Below, piece by piece: positions 1 through 12,200 of a DNA stretch of 64,000 nucleotides (positions within the stretch are counted from its first letter, which is position 1; every line of letters begins with the position of its first letter). The notes below the pieces were generated by a model. The model did no database searches, was not told the DNA's origin, and saw only the letters and a program-made list of their open reading frames with translations. Location of the stretch: positions 124,001-188,000 of the forward strand of contig JAWMAR010000007.1 of the NCBI GenBank assembly GCA_036785375.1. The letters are read 5' to 3'. The translations under genes were made by a program, and so were the position numbers. The DNA is from Leucoraja ocellata. Lineage: Eukaryota.

Positions 1-1269
1 CTATTTTCAACCTCTGACCTGCTTTTGTATCTATTTATTTAGCTGGCTCACTTAAGTTTTGGTTAATATTAATTAAACACAACAGGTTGTCAGCAAGAGA
101 TTAAAAGTGAAATGGTTAAACACTTTTGTAGAAACAAGAAACTGCAGATGCTGGTATACAAAATAAAGTGCTGGAGTAATTTTGCAGGGCCCTTTCTCAG
201 CCACAATCCGAGGAAGGGTCCTGATCCAAAACATCACCGATCCATGTTTTCCAGAGATGCTGCCTGACCCACTTAGTTGCTCCAGCACTTTATTTTTATG
301 ATTAAGATGATTATTGTAGGTCACTAAAGTGGCACATAATGTTCATGTCAGACAACAACCCAAACATGGATTGTCCAGGGCTTGGTAAGTGAATGCATAG
401 TTCATTATCTGCCACCATTAACACACATTTCCACTTCTAACCTCAGTAAAATGCCATTTTGAATGCAAGTGGTAGTAGTTCCTGCTGCAATTTGAAGTGC
501 TTTTGTGATTGACTTTCAGCAATCAAGACTCCTTTCAATGCTAAAGAATGAAAGTTAATGTGCCCCTCATAAATGTTGGTACTTTTTCCATTTGATAAAC
601 AATATGACTTCATTATTTATTTTGCCATGGAATCGATATTTGTACTCGGCTATCCCATGTATTCTCTATTCTAGTCAGATCCCCAGTGAAGTGTCAAATT
701 GCCCCTTGTATACTGTTTGAATCCACAAGTCTAATTACTGATCTGACTTGCATCACTTGCATTAGTTGTGATGCTCAAACCCATGAAGAACCACCAGGTA
801 AGATGGAGCCTAAAATAGACACCTAGATATTTATGGAGGGTATTGGAGTAGGAGACAACTGGGGATGAAAATCTGGAATATTTTTCTCCATGCAGAAGAT
901 AAAGGTTCAGGATAATAAGAGGATTGTAGATCTTGAGAGTCTTGGAGAAAGCAAGTCATTCTCAAAAGGGATGAAACATTAGTATTTTCAACTGCAATCA
1001 CTGATGCCTTAGGTCTTTTCTCTTATCTTGCGGAGAATATCATGATGCAAGTGTATTAATGTGTTAATCATAATTATCCAATCTTAGATGAAGTGAGCAT
1101 CATAAAATGTGTCCCATATGCATTGTAACAAATATAAAGATTAGATCAATGCTAATGTTAAAAAAAAAAGTTGATTAAAAAATCTCAATCAAGATCTGTC
1201 CAATTTGGGCTAATATTCAATGGAATTTTGTTCAAGATCTGCAAAATAGCTAAATTTGACAATATTTTG

Positions 1270-2667
1270 CCAGAAAGAAAGACATTTATTATGACAGACT
1301 TCACTGTAAAAAATATACATACAAAAAATAACATTCTAGTACCAATGTCACTTAATACATAAAGATTTATTCAGTACATTTAAAAGCTTTCATTATTCCC
1401 TTCCTAGTCCAGTTATAGTGAATCACAATGGTGCTGTGGAATTATAAAAGGCAATTAAATAGGTTTCTTAACTAATAAGCCGATTATTAGAAAGACAGTA
1501 TTGACACCACATGAGGTACAAAACCACATCACATTGGAAGATGTAATCACAATGGATGTATGGCACTCATTAACCGTCCTTGAAGCTATATGATGGACCA
1601 GAAACTTCAGATACCACGTAAAGGAATTGCCAGTTACTTCCATTACAAGATTAGCATTTTGTTTCGAAAATGCTGATGCTTTACTGTACTGACCAAACAG
1701 CAAAAAAAAAGCTTTTAAAAGCATTAGACAATAAAACAAAGTGAGTCGTCACAAAGTTAAAACTTTGAAAAGGATCTGTCATGTGTGGTTAAAGAAAAAG
1801 CATTCTTATCATTGTGATTCTGGAACTATGATAATCAAATCAGAAAAAAATAATCCAGAATTTGTTCTAAATTACCTCGGAAATAAATCTGATAATTGTG
1901 AACGCTTTTCCAATTTGCCTGATCACTGCATCCCTCCCTGCTTTTGTTCTATATTAGATTAAGGAAAATTATGAACTATTCTAACACTAGATATTTAGTA
2001 TCAGATCCAAAAATGAATAATGAGTAGAAAGCTCAAAACATCAGTGCCAAGACATGCCTGTTTGAAATTACAATAGACATCAGTAGCTATAATACTGTGC
2101 TGTATTAGAAGGTCTGGACTAAACCTACTATTCTGACGCAAACAGACAAGTAATACAAAGGCTTTTCTTTGGATTACCATTCAGAGCACTGAAGTCAAAC
2201 TGAATCTAAAGCTAAGAAGATACTATTAACACACTGCATTTTTGCACATTAGGTACAATATTCAAAGATTACTACCAAAATGAAGTTTAAAAACAACTTC
2301 AAAATTAAAACAAGCTACAAAGTCAGCTGTTAATAAATTTAGTTTATAGGCCACTGTCCTATAGTACATCAAATTAAACATTTGTAGCATCATTGTATTC
2401 TATCATGAACATTCCGAAGTTAAAGTGATGCTTATAAAACAGGCTTCCTCATAAATGGGGTTTCCTTTTTCAAACTGAAGATGCAACATCAAAAATCTGC
2501 ATTAGAATTTAATTTTTATTTAATAGTGTTGATGAAATGGGAGTGTCTGTTAATGGAGTACAGGAAAACAGGGCTTGAAATATCCCACTATCACACAATA
2601 TAGCTGGAATTTAGCACCTCCTGTAACAAAGTGGATTACAATGCGTTACATACATGGTGTAACGTGT
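1270..2667 (-). other. Probable FAM169A 3' UTR with candidate poly(A) signals
   Basis: AT-rich, repeat-free sequence after the stop codon; minus-strand AATAAA at 1366-1371 and 1285-1290. Confidence 0.55.
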
Positions 2668-3222
2668 TCATGCCGCTACCTTGCTTCGTTTCTTGGGAGG
2701 TCCTTTGTTTCCCTTGACTTTCCTCCTCAAATTTCTCCTATCCATAACCGGCACCTCCGTTTCCATCTCCTCCGAACTACTGTCGACACCCTTCTCAGCC
2801 ACAGCCGACGAGGACTGATCTTTCAGATCGATTTCTTTGGCTTCATCTGCTTCCGGATGGACAGCCATAGCCTGCTTCTGCGAAACATCCTGAAGTTCAA
2901 TCATCAGCAAGGGACCAAGACTGAGGTCCATCGGGGCATTGGACTCCGCTGGTTCACCATCCTGCTGTGCCGAGTCAGTCTTTGTCGCGCTGGACGTGGC
3001 ATCGCTCTCCGCACCACTATGTTGAGATACTTCCTCATTAACAGACTCATGACCGCTATCGGGTGTCTTCTCGTCAGCTTGGACATCAGGCTGTTCTGTA
3101 TGTTCGGATAGTGCATCTTTATTTGGATCAGTTACATTGTGGTTGGAAGGGGTGCAGTCGGCTGCTGGATCCTGCACTGGTTCATCTTCTTTGCTGTCAT
3201 TCTGCTCAGCGACGTCTCCATC
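2668..3222 (-). CDS. FAM169A: FAM169A terminal coding exon, basic NLS-like C-terminus
   Basis: Acceptor cag|GAT; ends VDSSSEEMETEVPVMDRRNLRRKVKGNKGPPKKRSKVAA-stop. Confidence 0.93.
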   Translation of the reverse strand, partial: DGDVAEQNDSKEDEPVQDPAADCTPSNHNVTDPNKDALSEHTEQPDVQADEKTPDSGHESVNEEVSQHSGAESDATSSATKTDSAQQDGEPAESNAPMDLSLGPLLMIELQDVSQKQAMAVHPEADEAKEIDLKDQSSSAVAEKGVDSSSEEMETEVPVMDRRNLRRKVKGNKGPPKKRSKVAA

Positions 3223-6200
3223 CTGAACAGGAAAAGTAAAGAACTCTTAGCCACAATAATAATCACAATAAACATGGGTGAATAAACAACATCAATTCCC
3301 AATAACATTTACATTAACATCACTTTACTTAATAGTTTCACCCCTAGCTTTTCAAGAAGAAACATTTGCAGAAAGATGAGGCACAAGAAACTGCAGATGC
3401 TGGGATCTTGAGCAAAAAAGTGCTGGAGGAACTCAGTTTTCCAGGCAACATCTGTGGAGGGAATGAACATGACATTCTGGGTCAGGACCTCACTTCAAAC
3501 TAACAGAATATGAGTGAAGAAAGCAGGAAATGAGAAGTGATAGGTGGATACAGGCAAGGTGGGGAGATGAACTGATGGGTGGAATGTGACAAAGGCTAAA
3601 GAAAAGACAATGGAGAGAAAGATTTTGGATGGAGAGATGGGAGGAGGGGATAAAAGAAAATCTGGGACTTAGGATGGAAGGTGAGCATCCTGCAGGGAGG
3701 GAGAGTGTTGGGAATGAGAGGGCAGGTAAGTGGAGTATGACTTGAAATTAGATAATTCAATGTTCATGTTGTTGGGCTGTAACTTCCCAGTACCTTTTAA
3801 TGCCACTGGGTTGCAGGAAGACATTAGGGTGAATGGTTAGTATATTTCCTCACATGTATAGATACAAACGTGTAGATTTGTAGGTTAATTGGCCTCTGTA
3901 AATTGTCAGGTGGGAATGGATGTGAAAATGGGATGAGGGGCAATGGTCAGCATGGACTCAATGGGCCAAAGAGCCCGTTTCTATGCTGTATCTCTAAACT
4001 GAAACTATATCCACGAATAGTGTCTGCTGTTAAATTTTGCATGCAAATGGAGCAGTGGCTAATTGGGCAATTTTGATAAAGAGAGAGAGAGAGAGAAAGA
4101 AAGAAAGAGAAAGAGAGAGAGCAAGAGAGAGAGAAGGAAAAGGAGAGAGAGAAATAGAGAGCGAAAGAGAGAGGCAAAGGGATAGAGAGAGAGGGAAAGA
4201 AAGAGAAGGAAAAAGAGATATCAGCCATGAATGAATGGCAGAGTAGATTCAATGGGCTGAATGGTCCAATTCTACTATAATTTATTAAATAAAAAATGGA
4301 GATTATCTGCAAGTCATATAGCACCTGTGGAGAAAGGAACAGCATGTCAGGCTGAACTGGCAAAGGAAGGCCCACAGGAAGGATCTACAGCCCCACATGT
4401 TAACCCCGTCCCTCTCTCCTCAGATGCGGCCCAGCTTGTTGCATATTTCCAGCCTTTTATATATTTTGTTGTACCATTTAAATTCTTGAAAGGTTATATT
4501 GTAATTTAGCTCAAGTTATGGTCCCAAGGTTGGGAGGGTGTGCAAGATTTATCATTGTCTAGTATGTTTACTTAAAAGTGAACTATGTGGCTATCACAAA
4601 AGGAAGAAATAGAAGTTACAAATCAGACAATCCAATTAAGTGTACTCCTTCAGTCCATCTCGACAATATTCAAAGCAGAGTCAATATCATCTGCTCTGCT
4701 CATTCAACTCACAAAGGAGTTGTTTTGAAAGAAAGTGAAATTGAGAAAGAAACAGAGGTTAAACAGTACCTTTTCCAGCTTGTCGTCTTCATCGCATTCT
4801 TTTGTTTCCTCTGTACATTCCGGGTTATCGGGCTCCTCTGTAGAATCACCTGATGCACCGTTAGCAGGATCATTCATTGCGGCTTTGTCCTCCATTTTGG
4901 TTGAATCTTCCATTTTGATTGAATCCTCCTCCTCCATTTTGGTTACATCCTCCATTTTGATTGAATCCTCCTCCTCCATTTTGGTTGCATCCTCCATTTT
5001 GATTGAATCCTCCTCCAATTTGGTCGAATCCTCCATTTTGATTGAATCCTCCTCCTCCATTTTGGTTGCATCCTCAGTGATTTCTTCTTCACCCATTATC
5101 GTCGTATCTTGAGCAGTTTTGACTCCTGGCTTTACAGATTCCAGCGCGGCCACATCTTCAGTCTTTGACGGCTCAGGAGCAATATCTTCCGGAGTTTCTG
5201 AGGGTTCTTGTGGAATAACTTCCTCAGAATTAGGACTGGCCTGTTCAGTCTCTGACGCCTGTGGAGGCAATACCTCCTCGGAATCCAACGACTTTGGAGG
5301 AATACCCTCTTCACTCGCTGGTGACTCACAAGGAATCTCCTCGAAATTTTGTGACTTCGAAAGAATTACTTCCTCTGTCTTTGACGATTCTTCAGTAACA
5401 GAGTCTGCCATTTCATTGTCCACTGGTTCAGTAGCCGACTCAGATGAAGATTCCTTATCCTAAATTTAAAACAAGTGAAAACAGATTATCCTCTAAACTA
5501 AACTAAGATTAATGTACCACATAAATATTGATTTTACTTTCTGATATTCATGTTTAGACAACATAGTTTGGTTTCATTTCTTAGATACTGTGATGTGATA
5601 AGCAACGAAATATGCTGGTGGATATTTGGTAGCATATTTCAAAGAGGTTAAAAATAAGTTACGCCTCAGAAATAAGGAGCTGCAGATGACGGTTAACACA
5701 CAAAAGGTGCAAAAGTAATTCAGCTGGTCAGGCAGCATCTCTGGAGAACATGGGTAGGGGACGTTTCGGGTCAAGTCAATGGGTGTTTTTAAAGCGGAGA
5801 TTGATAGGTACTTGATTAGTAAGGGTGTCAAAGGTTATGGGGAGAAGGCAGAAGAGGGGATTGAGAGTGGGAGAGTCTAGGACTAGAGGTCATAGCCCTA
5901 GAATTAAAGGATGTTCTTTTAGGAAGGATATGAGGAGGAATTTCTTTAGTCAGAGGGTGGTGAATCTGGAATTCTGTGCCACTGAAGGCTGTGGAGGCCA
6001 AGTCAGTAGATATTTTTAAGGCATAGATAGATAGATTCTTGATTAGCATGGGTGTCAGAGGTTATGGGGAGAAGGCATGAGAATGGGGTTAGGAGGGAGA
6101 GATGGATCAGCCATGATTGAATGACGGAGTGGACTTGATGGGCCGAATGGCCTAATGATACTCCTAACCCTTATGACCTTATGAGAGGGAAATATAGATC

Positions 6201-9200
6201 AGCCATGATTGAATAGTGGAGCAGACTCAATAGGCCAAATGTCCCAATTCTGCTCGTATGTCTTAAGTTCACATCCCCTGCCCCATTGATAACATCCCAA
6301 TTACCTCATCACCATCTGGTTGCAAAATTTCAATTTCACATACTACAACATCATCTGCTATTAGTTCTGTAGGTTCCTCCATAATGGTGCACTTTTCCTG
6401 GTTTTCAGTTATTTCCAGAGCCTCCTCAGTTCTGTCTGTCGTGGGTTCAGAACTGAAAAACATACATATTGCGTGCTCGAAATAGGTGTTAAATCTATCT
6501 TGATTTCACATATTTACAAATGTTGCTTCAGATAAAGAGACTAATTGGTATGAACTAATGAGGAAACCCACGTGTCACTGGGAGAATGTGCAAACTCCAC
6601 ACAGACAGCACCGGTAGTCAGGATCGAACTCTGGTCCCTGGTGCTGTGAGGCAGCAGCTCTACCTGAAATGTTAACTGGATTTCACGATCCATATTTATA
6701 GTCATTGAGTCATAGAGCGTGGAAACAGGCCCTTTGGCCCAACTTGCCCATACCGACCAACATGTCCTATCTACACTAGTCCAACCCGCCTGCGTTTGGC
6801 CCATATCCCTCCAAACCTGTTCCATCCATGTACTGTTCAAATTTTTCTGAAAAGTTGCGATAGTACATGCCTCAACTACCTCCTTCGGCAGCTCGTTCCA
6901 TGCGCCACCACCTTTTGTGTGATTAAGGTAGCTCTCAGGTACCTATTAAATCTTCCCCCCTCACCTTAAACCTATATCCTCCAGTTCTCGAGTCCCCTAC
7001 TGTGTCCTCTACAAGAGACTGTGCGTCTACCCGATCTATTCCTCTCATGATTTTGTACACCTCTATAAGTTCACCCCTCATCCTCCTGCGCTCCAAGGAA
7101 TAGAGTCCTAACCTGCCCAACCTCTCAAAATGGATGTCAACCAAGCTGTATATCATCATCATCGAAAACATCAACGGGCACGGTGCATTACAACGCTACA
7201 TACGACAGTGATTGCAATTTCTACTGGATGTGGATGGCCGTTCGCTCGCTAGGAGCTCATCCGCCCTTTGACAGGTCTTGTTTTTGGTTTTTGGCAAACC
7301 AGGTGGGGGAGACGGTTTAGTCGCCGACTATCCCACCATGGAGCAGGTAGCACGGGATTACATGGTACCCGTGGCGGAGTGCGGAACTCCCCACGACCTG
7401 ACCCGTATACAAGGTGCGCAAATACCTGTTTAGCTCATCTTTAGGCACAACCACCTCCTCTTCGCTGGTCAAACACCTTTGCTCCAATTCAATGTTCCTC
7501 TTCTCTTCTTTGGAATGCTTAGACTGGAAATGTCTTCCCCGTTTAGCCACAGGCGGTCTCGTTAGCTCTGGAAGCAAAATATTTTAATAAAATAGGCAGA
7601 GGCTTTGCAAGAACCATTTCAAAAGAGAGACATTGCAAGCAATTGCCAACAAAGATTAAAATTGTTTTCCTTCCAAACTGCACTGAAGGCTAAAAATAGG
7701 TTTGTTTCAATAAAATGCAACAACAGATTGATTTTGCACCTATGATGAACCACACAATGTTTATGAGACATTATCAAAAGTTTTCCCCAGTAATTCTGTG
7801 TCAGTATTAACGTCTACTTTAACTCCGTTCTCAGGAGTATTCAGGTTGAATCAAAGAAACAAAGTCTGAAGAAAGGTCCTGAGCCAAAACGTCACCCATC
7901 TTTTTACTGGCGAGAAGATAGGAAAATAGGGTTGAGGAGGAAAAATGGATTAGATATGATCGAATGGCAGAGCCGCCGAGATGTGCCGAACACCAATTCT
8001 GTTCCTATATCCTATGGGATTGGGACCAAGTGCTGCAATGACTTGCAGATGATCATGGACCTGGGAAATAAACTGCTTGCAGGCCATTAGAAATAAGATG
8101 TTTAGAAGTAATGCAGTGGCGAATAGACCGACATTTGAGTTTTTGTTTAGTTTAGTTTAGAGATACAGCGTGGAAACAAACTGTCGATCGGCTATTGCAC
8201 GCTAGTCAATTAGAGTGCTTGTTAGTAGTAGCCCCGCCTAGTACATGCTTTATAACATTAAGATCTCGCCTGCGTCAGGCAGTAGATGTAGCAGCTCGGA
8301 CATGTAATGTACTGCATATCAAATGCTGTAAGTGTTTAATAAAGATGTGTTGTATCTTTATACGTGTACGAGTCCGGTAATTACATGGTGTCAGATACGT
8401 GACCCGGACTCATTCCGCAGTTTACCAAGATTCTTTTATTTTATCAGTTTTATTTTATCATTTTTCTCTCTCCGTTATGGCTAACTCCTGCCGCAGATTG
8501 AGCCCTTTGATCTTTGATTCAGACATCGCTGAGCGATGGCGGCTTTTCGAACGTGACTACACTCATTATATCCGCATTGTTTATCGGAATGACACTGATG
8601 ACTTGAAAGCATCACCACTGCTCAATCTAGCGGGCCCAGAGGCAATGAAGCGTGCCAACAACTTTGAGTTTGCTCCTACCATTCTGGATGGCAACGGGCA
8701 GGTCCTAGTGCCTGCCGAGACCATTGATAACCCAGCGGATCTACTCAGAACATTCAGAGAGCTGTGTGATTTGCCATCAAACCATATAATCGAAAGAACA
8801 AAGTTCTATGCCCGTTCACAGCAGGTCGACGAGCCTGTCGAACAATTTATCAGCGATTTAAGACACATGGCTGCGCGCTGTCGTTACGGTGAGTTGACGA
8901 ATGAACTTGTGAGAGATAAGCTTGTGGGGGGCATGACTAATAGTAAACTGAGGGCTGAGCTTCTTCGCAACACTGAACTGACTCTCGAGTAAGCGAGCCA
9001 CTCCTATCATATTTCAGAAGTTACTGCACCACATGCTGATCCTGTCTCTTTCAGCCCACGACAGCAACACAATGTTAACCTTGCCAACTACTCCTCCCGT
9101 CTGATGCACGATGTCAGAACTGCAACTATTTTCACGCGAGGGGTCGCCAGTTTTGTATAGTTTACGGTAAAACCTACCATCATTGCACAAAGCTTAATCA

Positions 9201-12200
9201 CTTCGCGAAATGCTGCCGTTCCCGTGAGACTGCCAGTGCTTCAAAAACAAACTTGCACCTGCTTCAACAAGAGTTCTCAGATTCTGACTCCCAAGAGCTC
9301 GAAACAGTCTCCCACGAGCACCGTTCAGACAATGCTGATAGCAGCCCTGCTATTCACTCCCTCCTACAATCTTCTAACAAGCGACTTGACCCTGAAGTGA
9401 CTGTGTTCATAAACACCAGGCCCTTGCTCGCCAAAGTGGATACAGGTGCAAAGGTCAACGTCATGTCGATAAGGGAGTTTAACAAAATCCGGAATGCCGA
9501 ACGAATGCACAAGGACTCCTCCACACTTCGGGCTTACGGGGGAGAGGTTTTGCATCCGCTCGGAAAAGCTGATTTAAAGTGCCTGGTAGACGAACAGACG
9601 CGCACCCTGCCGTTTTACATCGTGAAACCAAACTCAGGGACCCTGCTCGGTTTTAATGCATGCCGCGACCTAGGCCTGGTGTATTTTGGACGTGCCAGCA
9701 CAGCAGCTACATTCCCAGTACAAAGCCTTGTTTGATGATGGACTTGGCAAGTTGCCTACGAAGTATCGAATCGCTGTAGATCCTACAGTCACACTTGTAG
9801 TTCGTGCACCACACTGTGTTCCACATGCCATGCGAGAAAGAATACACAATGAACTCAAACGCATGGTTTAAATGGGAGCCATTGCTGAAGTTACCGACCC
9901 GTCTGATTGGGTTTCCACCATGGTCATGGCAACTAAGAAAAACAAAGAGGAGATACGCATCTGCCCCAGACATCTGAATACTGCAATCAAGCGCCCCCAC
10001 TACCCGATGAGAACCACAGAAGACGTCGCTGCGCAGATTGGAAACACAGCAGTGTTCTCAGTCCTGGATGCCAAAAGCTCCTTTTGGCAAATACCACTAG
10101 ATCCTGCATCATCCAACCTGACTACTTTTGACACACCTTTTGGCCGTTTCAAATTTTTAAGGATGCCCTTCGGCATCAACTCCGCCAGCGAAGTCTTTCA
10201 GCGCACAATGGAACAACTATTTGCTGAATACCCGTGCGCCATCATTGTTGACCATATCCTCGTCTATGGTCGCGATCTGGCCGAGCACGACGCCAACCTG
10301 AAGAAAATACTCGACCTTGCAAGAGACATTAATCTCAAACTTAACCCACTTAAGTGCAGGTTTCGGGTTCCTGAGATCACTCACATCGGACATGTTTTCA
10401 CCATCAGCAGCCTAAAGCCTGATCCACTGAAAACTGCAACCATCAACGAACTGCCAGTTCCCACCGATGTCACAAGTTTGCAACGATTCCTCGGCATGGT
10501 CAACTACCTGGGTAAATTTATTCCCAACCTCAGCGAACTATCGGCCCGCCCCCCAGATACACAAGGACACAGCATGGCCCTGGTACCAGCACGCAGCACC
10601 AAAGGGCTTTTGACACACTCAAACTACAATTGGCCAGCGCGCCAACAGTCATATTTCGACCTTAAATTACCGGTCACAATCACATGTGATGCATCCGCGG
10701 CGTGCCTACAGACCACTACCGACAGTGATGTCAAGCCAGTCTCATATGCATCCCGTACGCCGACTGATACCGAACAACGGTATGCCCAGATTGAAAAGGA
10801 ACTGCTTGCAGTGGTTTTTGCCTGCTCCATATTCAAGGACTTCATTTTTGGTAAGACCATCACCATCGAAACTGACCCTCAACCATTGGTCACTATTCTG
10901 AACAAGCCTATCCACGCGGGCCCAGCACAGCTACAACGAATGATGATGCAGTTGCAGCGTTTTGACTTCCACATCGTCTACAAGAAGGGTAAAGACATGC
11001 ACATAGCAGACACGTTTTCCAGAGCCCCGTGCACAAACAGCGAACAGCACCTCATTGAACAGGATGAATTCTCAGTCATGAAGGTCTCGTTTGTGCCGAC
11101 TGACCGCTTACGCCGCCTTGCCAAACACACGGCTCGGACGAGACTTTACAACTGCTGTCCACAGTTATACTGAACGGTTGGCCCCATAAACAGTCAAACA
11201 CCCCGCTCGAGATACAACCATACTTCCTAGTTCGTGACGAGTCAGTGCGGTAGGACAGAATCATAGTCAAAGGCCACAAGTTCGTGGTTCCAACCGCACT
11301 ACGGGGCAAGTAATACAACAAGATCCACAGGGGCCACCCCGGCACGGAAGCCACCCTTCAACGGGCCCAGAGCATGTTTTACTGGCCCAGAATGACAAAA
11401 TTCATACTTGAAAAAAACGAAATGTGCGCTGTCTGCAACAGTCTAGCACCACACCAGCAGAAGCAGCCTCTACTGTCCCAACCAGCTCCTCCTCTCCCAT
11501 GGTCCTCACTGGCCACCGACATCGTCGAATGGCATGGAAAACACTATCTGGTTCTTGTCGACTCTTACTCAGGATGATTCGAAATAGACCTACTGCAAAC
11601 CATTTCCTCTGAGTCAGTGATCGAAAAGCTGCAACGACACCTCTCCCTGCACGGCTCCCCTGCACGTATTCAGACTGATAATGTCAGGCAATTCACCAGC
11701 CAAGCATTCAAGAACTTTGCTGAAAGATGGGTCTTCCAACACGTCACCAACAGCCCAGGGTTCCCGCAGTCCAACGGACTGGCCGAGCGCGTTGTTCGGA
11801 GTGCTAAACAACTCATGGAATGTTCCTATCTTGTCAAATCCGACGTTTACCTGGACTTGCTCAACCTACGAAACCTTGCACGGGACAACATTCTAGGCTC
11901 CACCGCCCAGCGACTAATGTCTCTCCAGACCCGTGCACCCTTGCCTGTCTCTCAGCAGCGGCTGCAGCCGCGCGTCCACTCGCCGCCCGCGGTGCCGAAG
12001 CAGCCACGATTCAAACGTGACACACAAAAGCGTTTCTATGACAAGTCCAGCAAGCCGCTTAAACCACTTGCACGTGGACACGTGGTTCGCCTGCAAACCG
12101 ACAAAGGACATACACGGCTGGGGCACATTTGCGGCTCGTCCAAAGAACCACGTTAGTACCTGGTCGAAGCGGACGGGGTCATCTACAGACTCAACCGTCA

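Noticed and set aside
1-1260. Exons of a neighbouring gene such as NSA2, expected from mammalian synteny
   Set aside because: No recognisable coding sequence found.
4888-5073. CRISPR-like repeat array
   Set aside because: No unique spacers; it is an in-frame coding repeat in a vertebrate gene.
2575-5463. Plus-strand ORFs 2575-3111, 4735-5112 and 5119-5463
   Set aside because: Antisense shadows of the acidic FAM169A exons.
9872-11173. Domesticated retrotransposon gene (433-aa ORF)
   Set aside because: It lies inside an LTR element, has a mutated RT site (IVDH), and is surrounded by stops and frameshifts.
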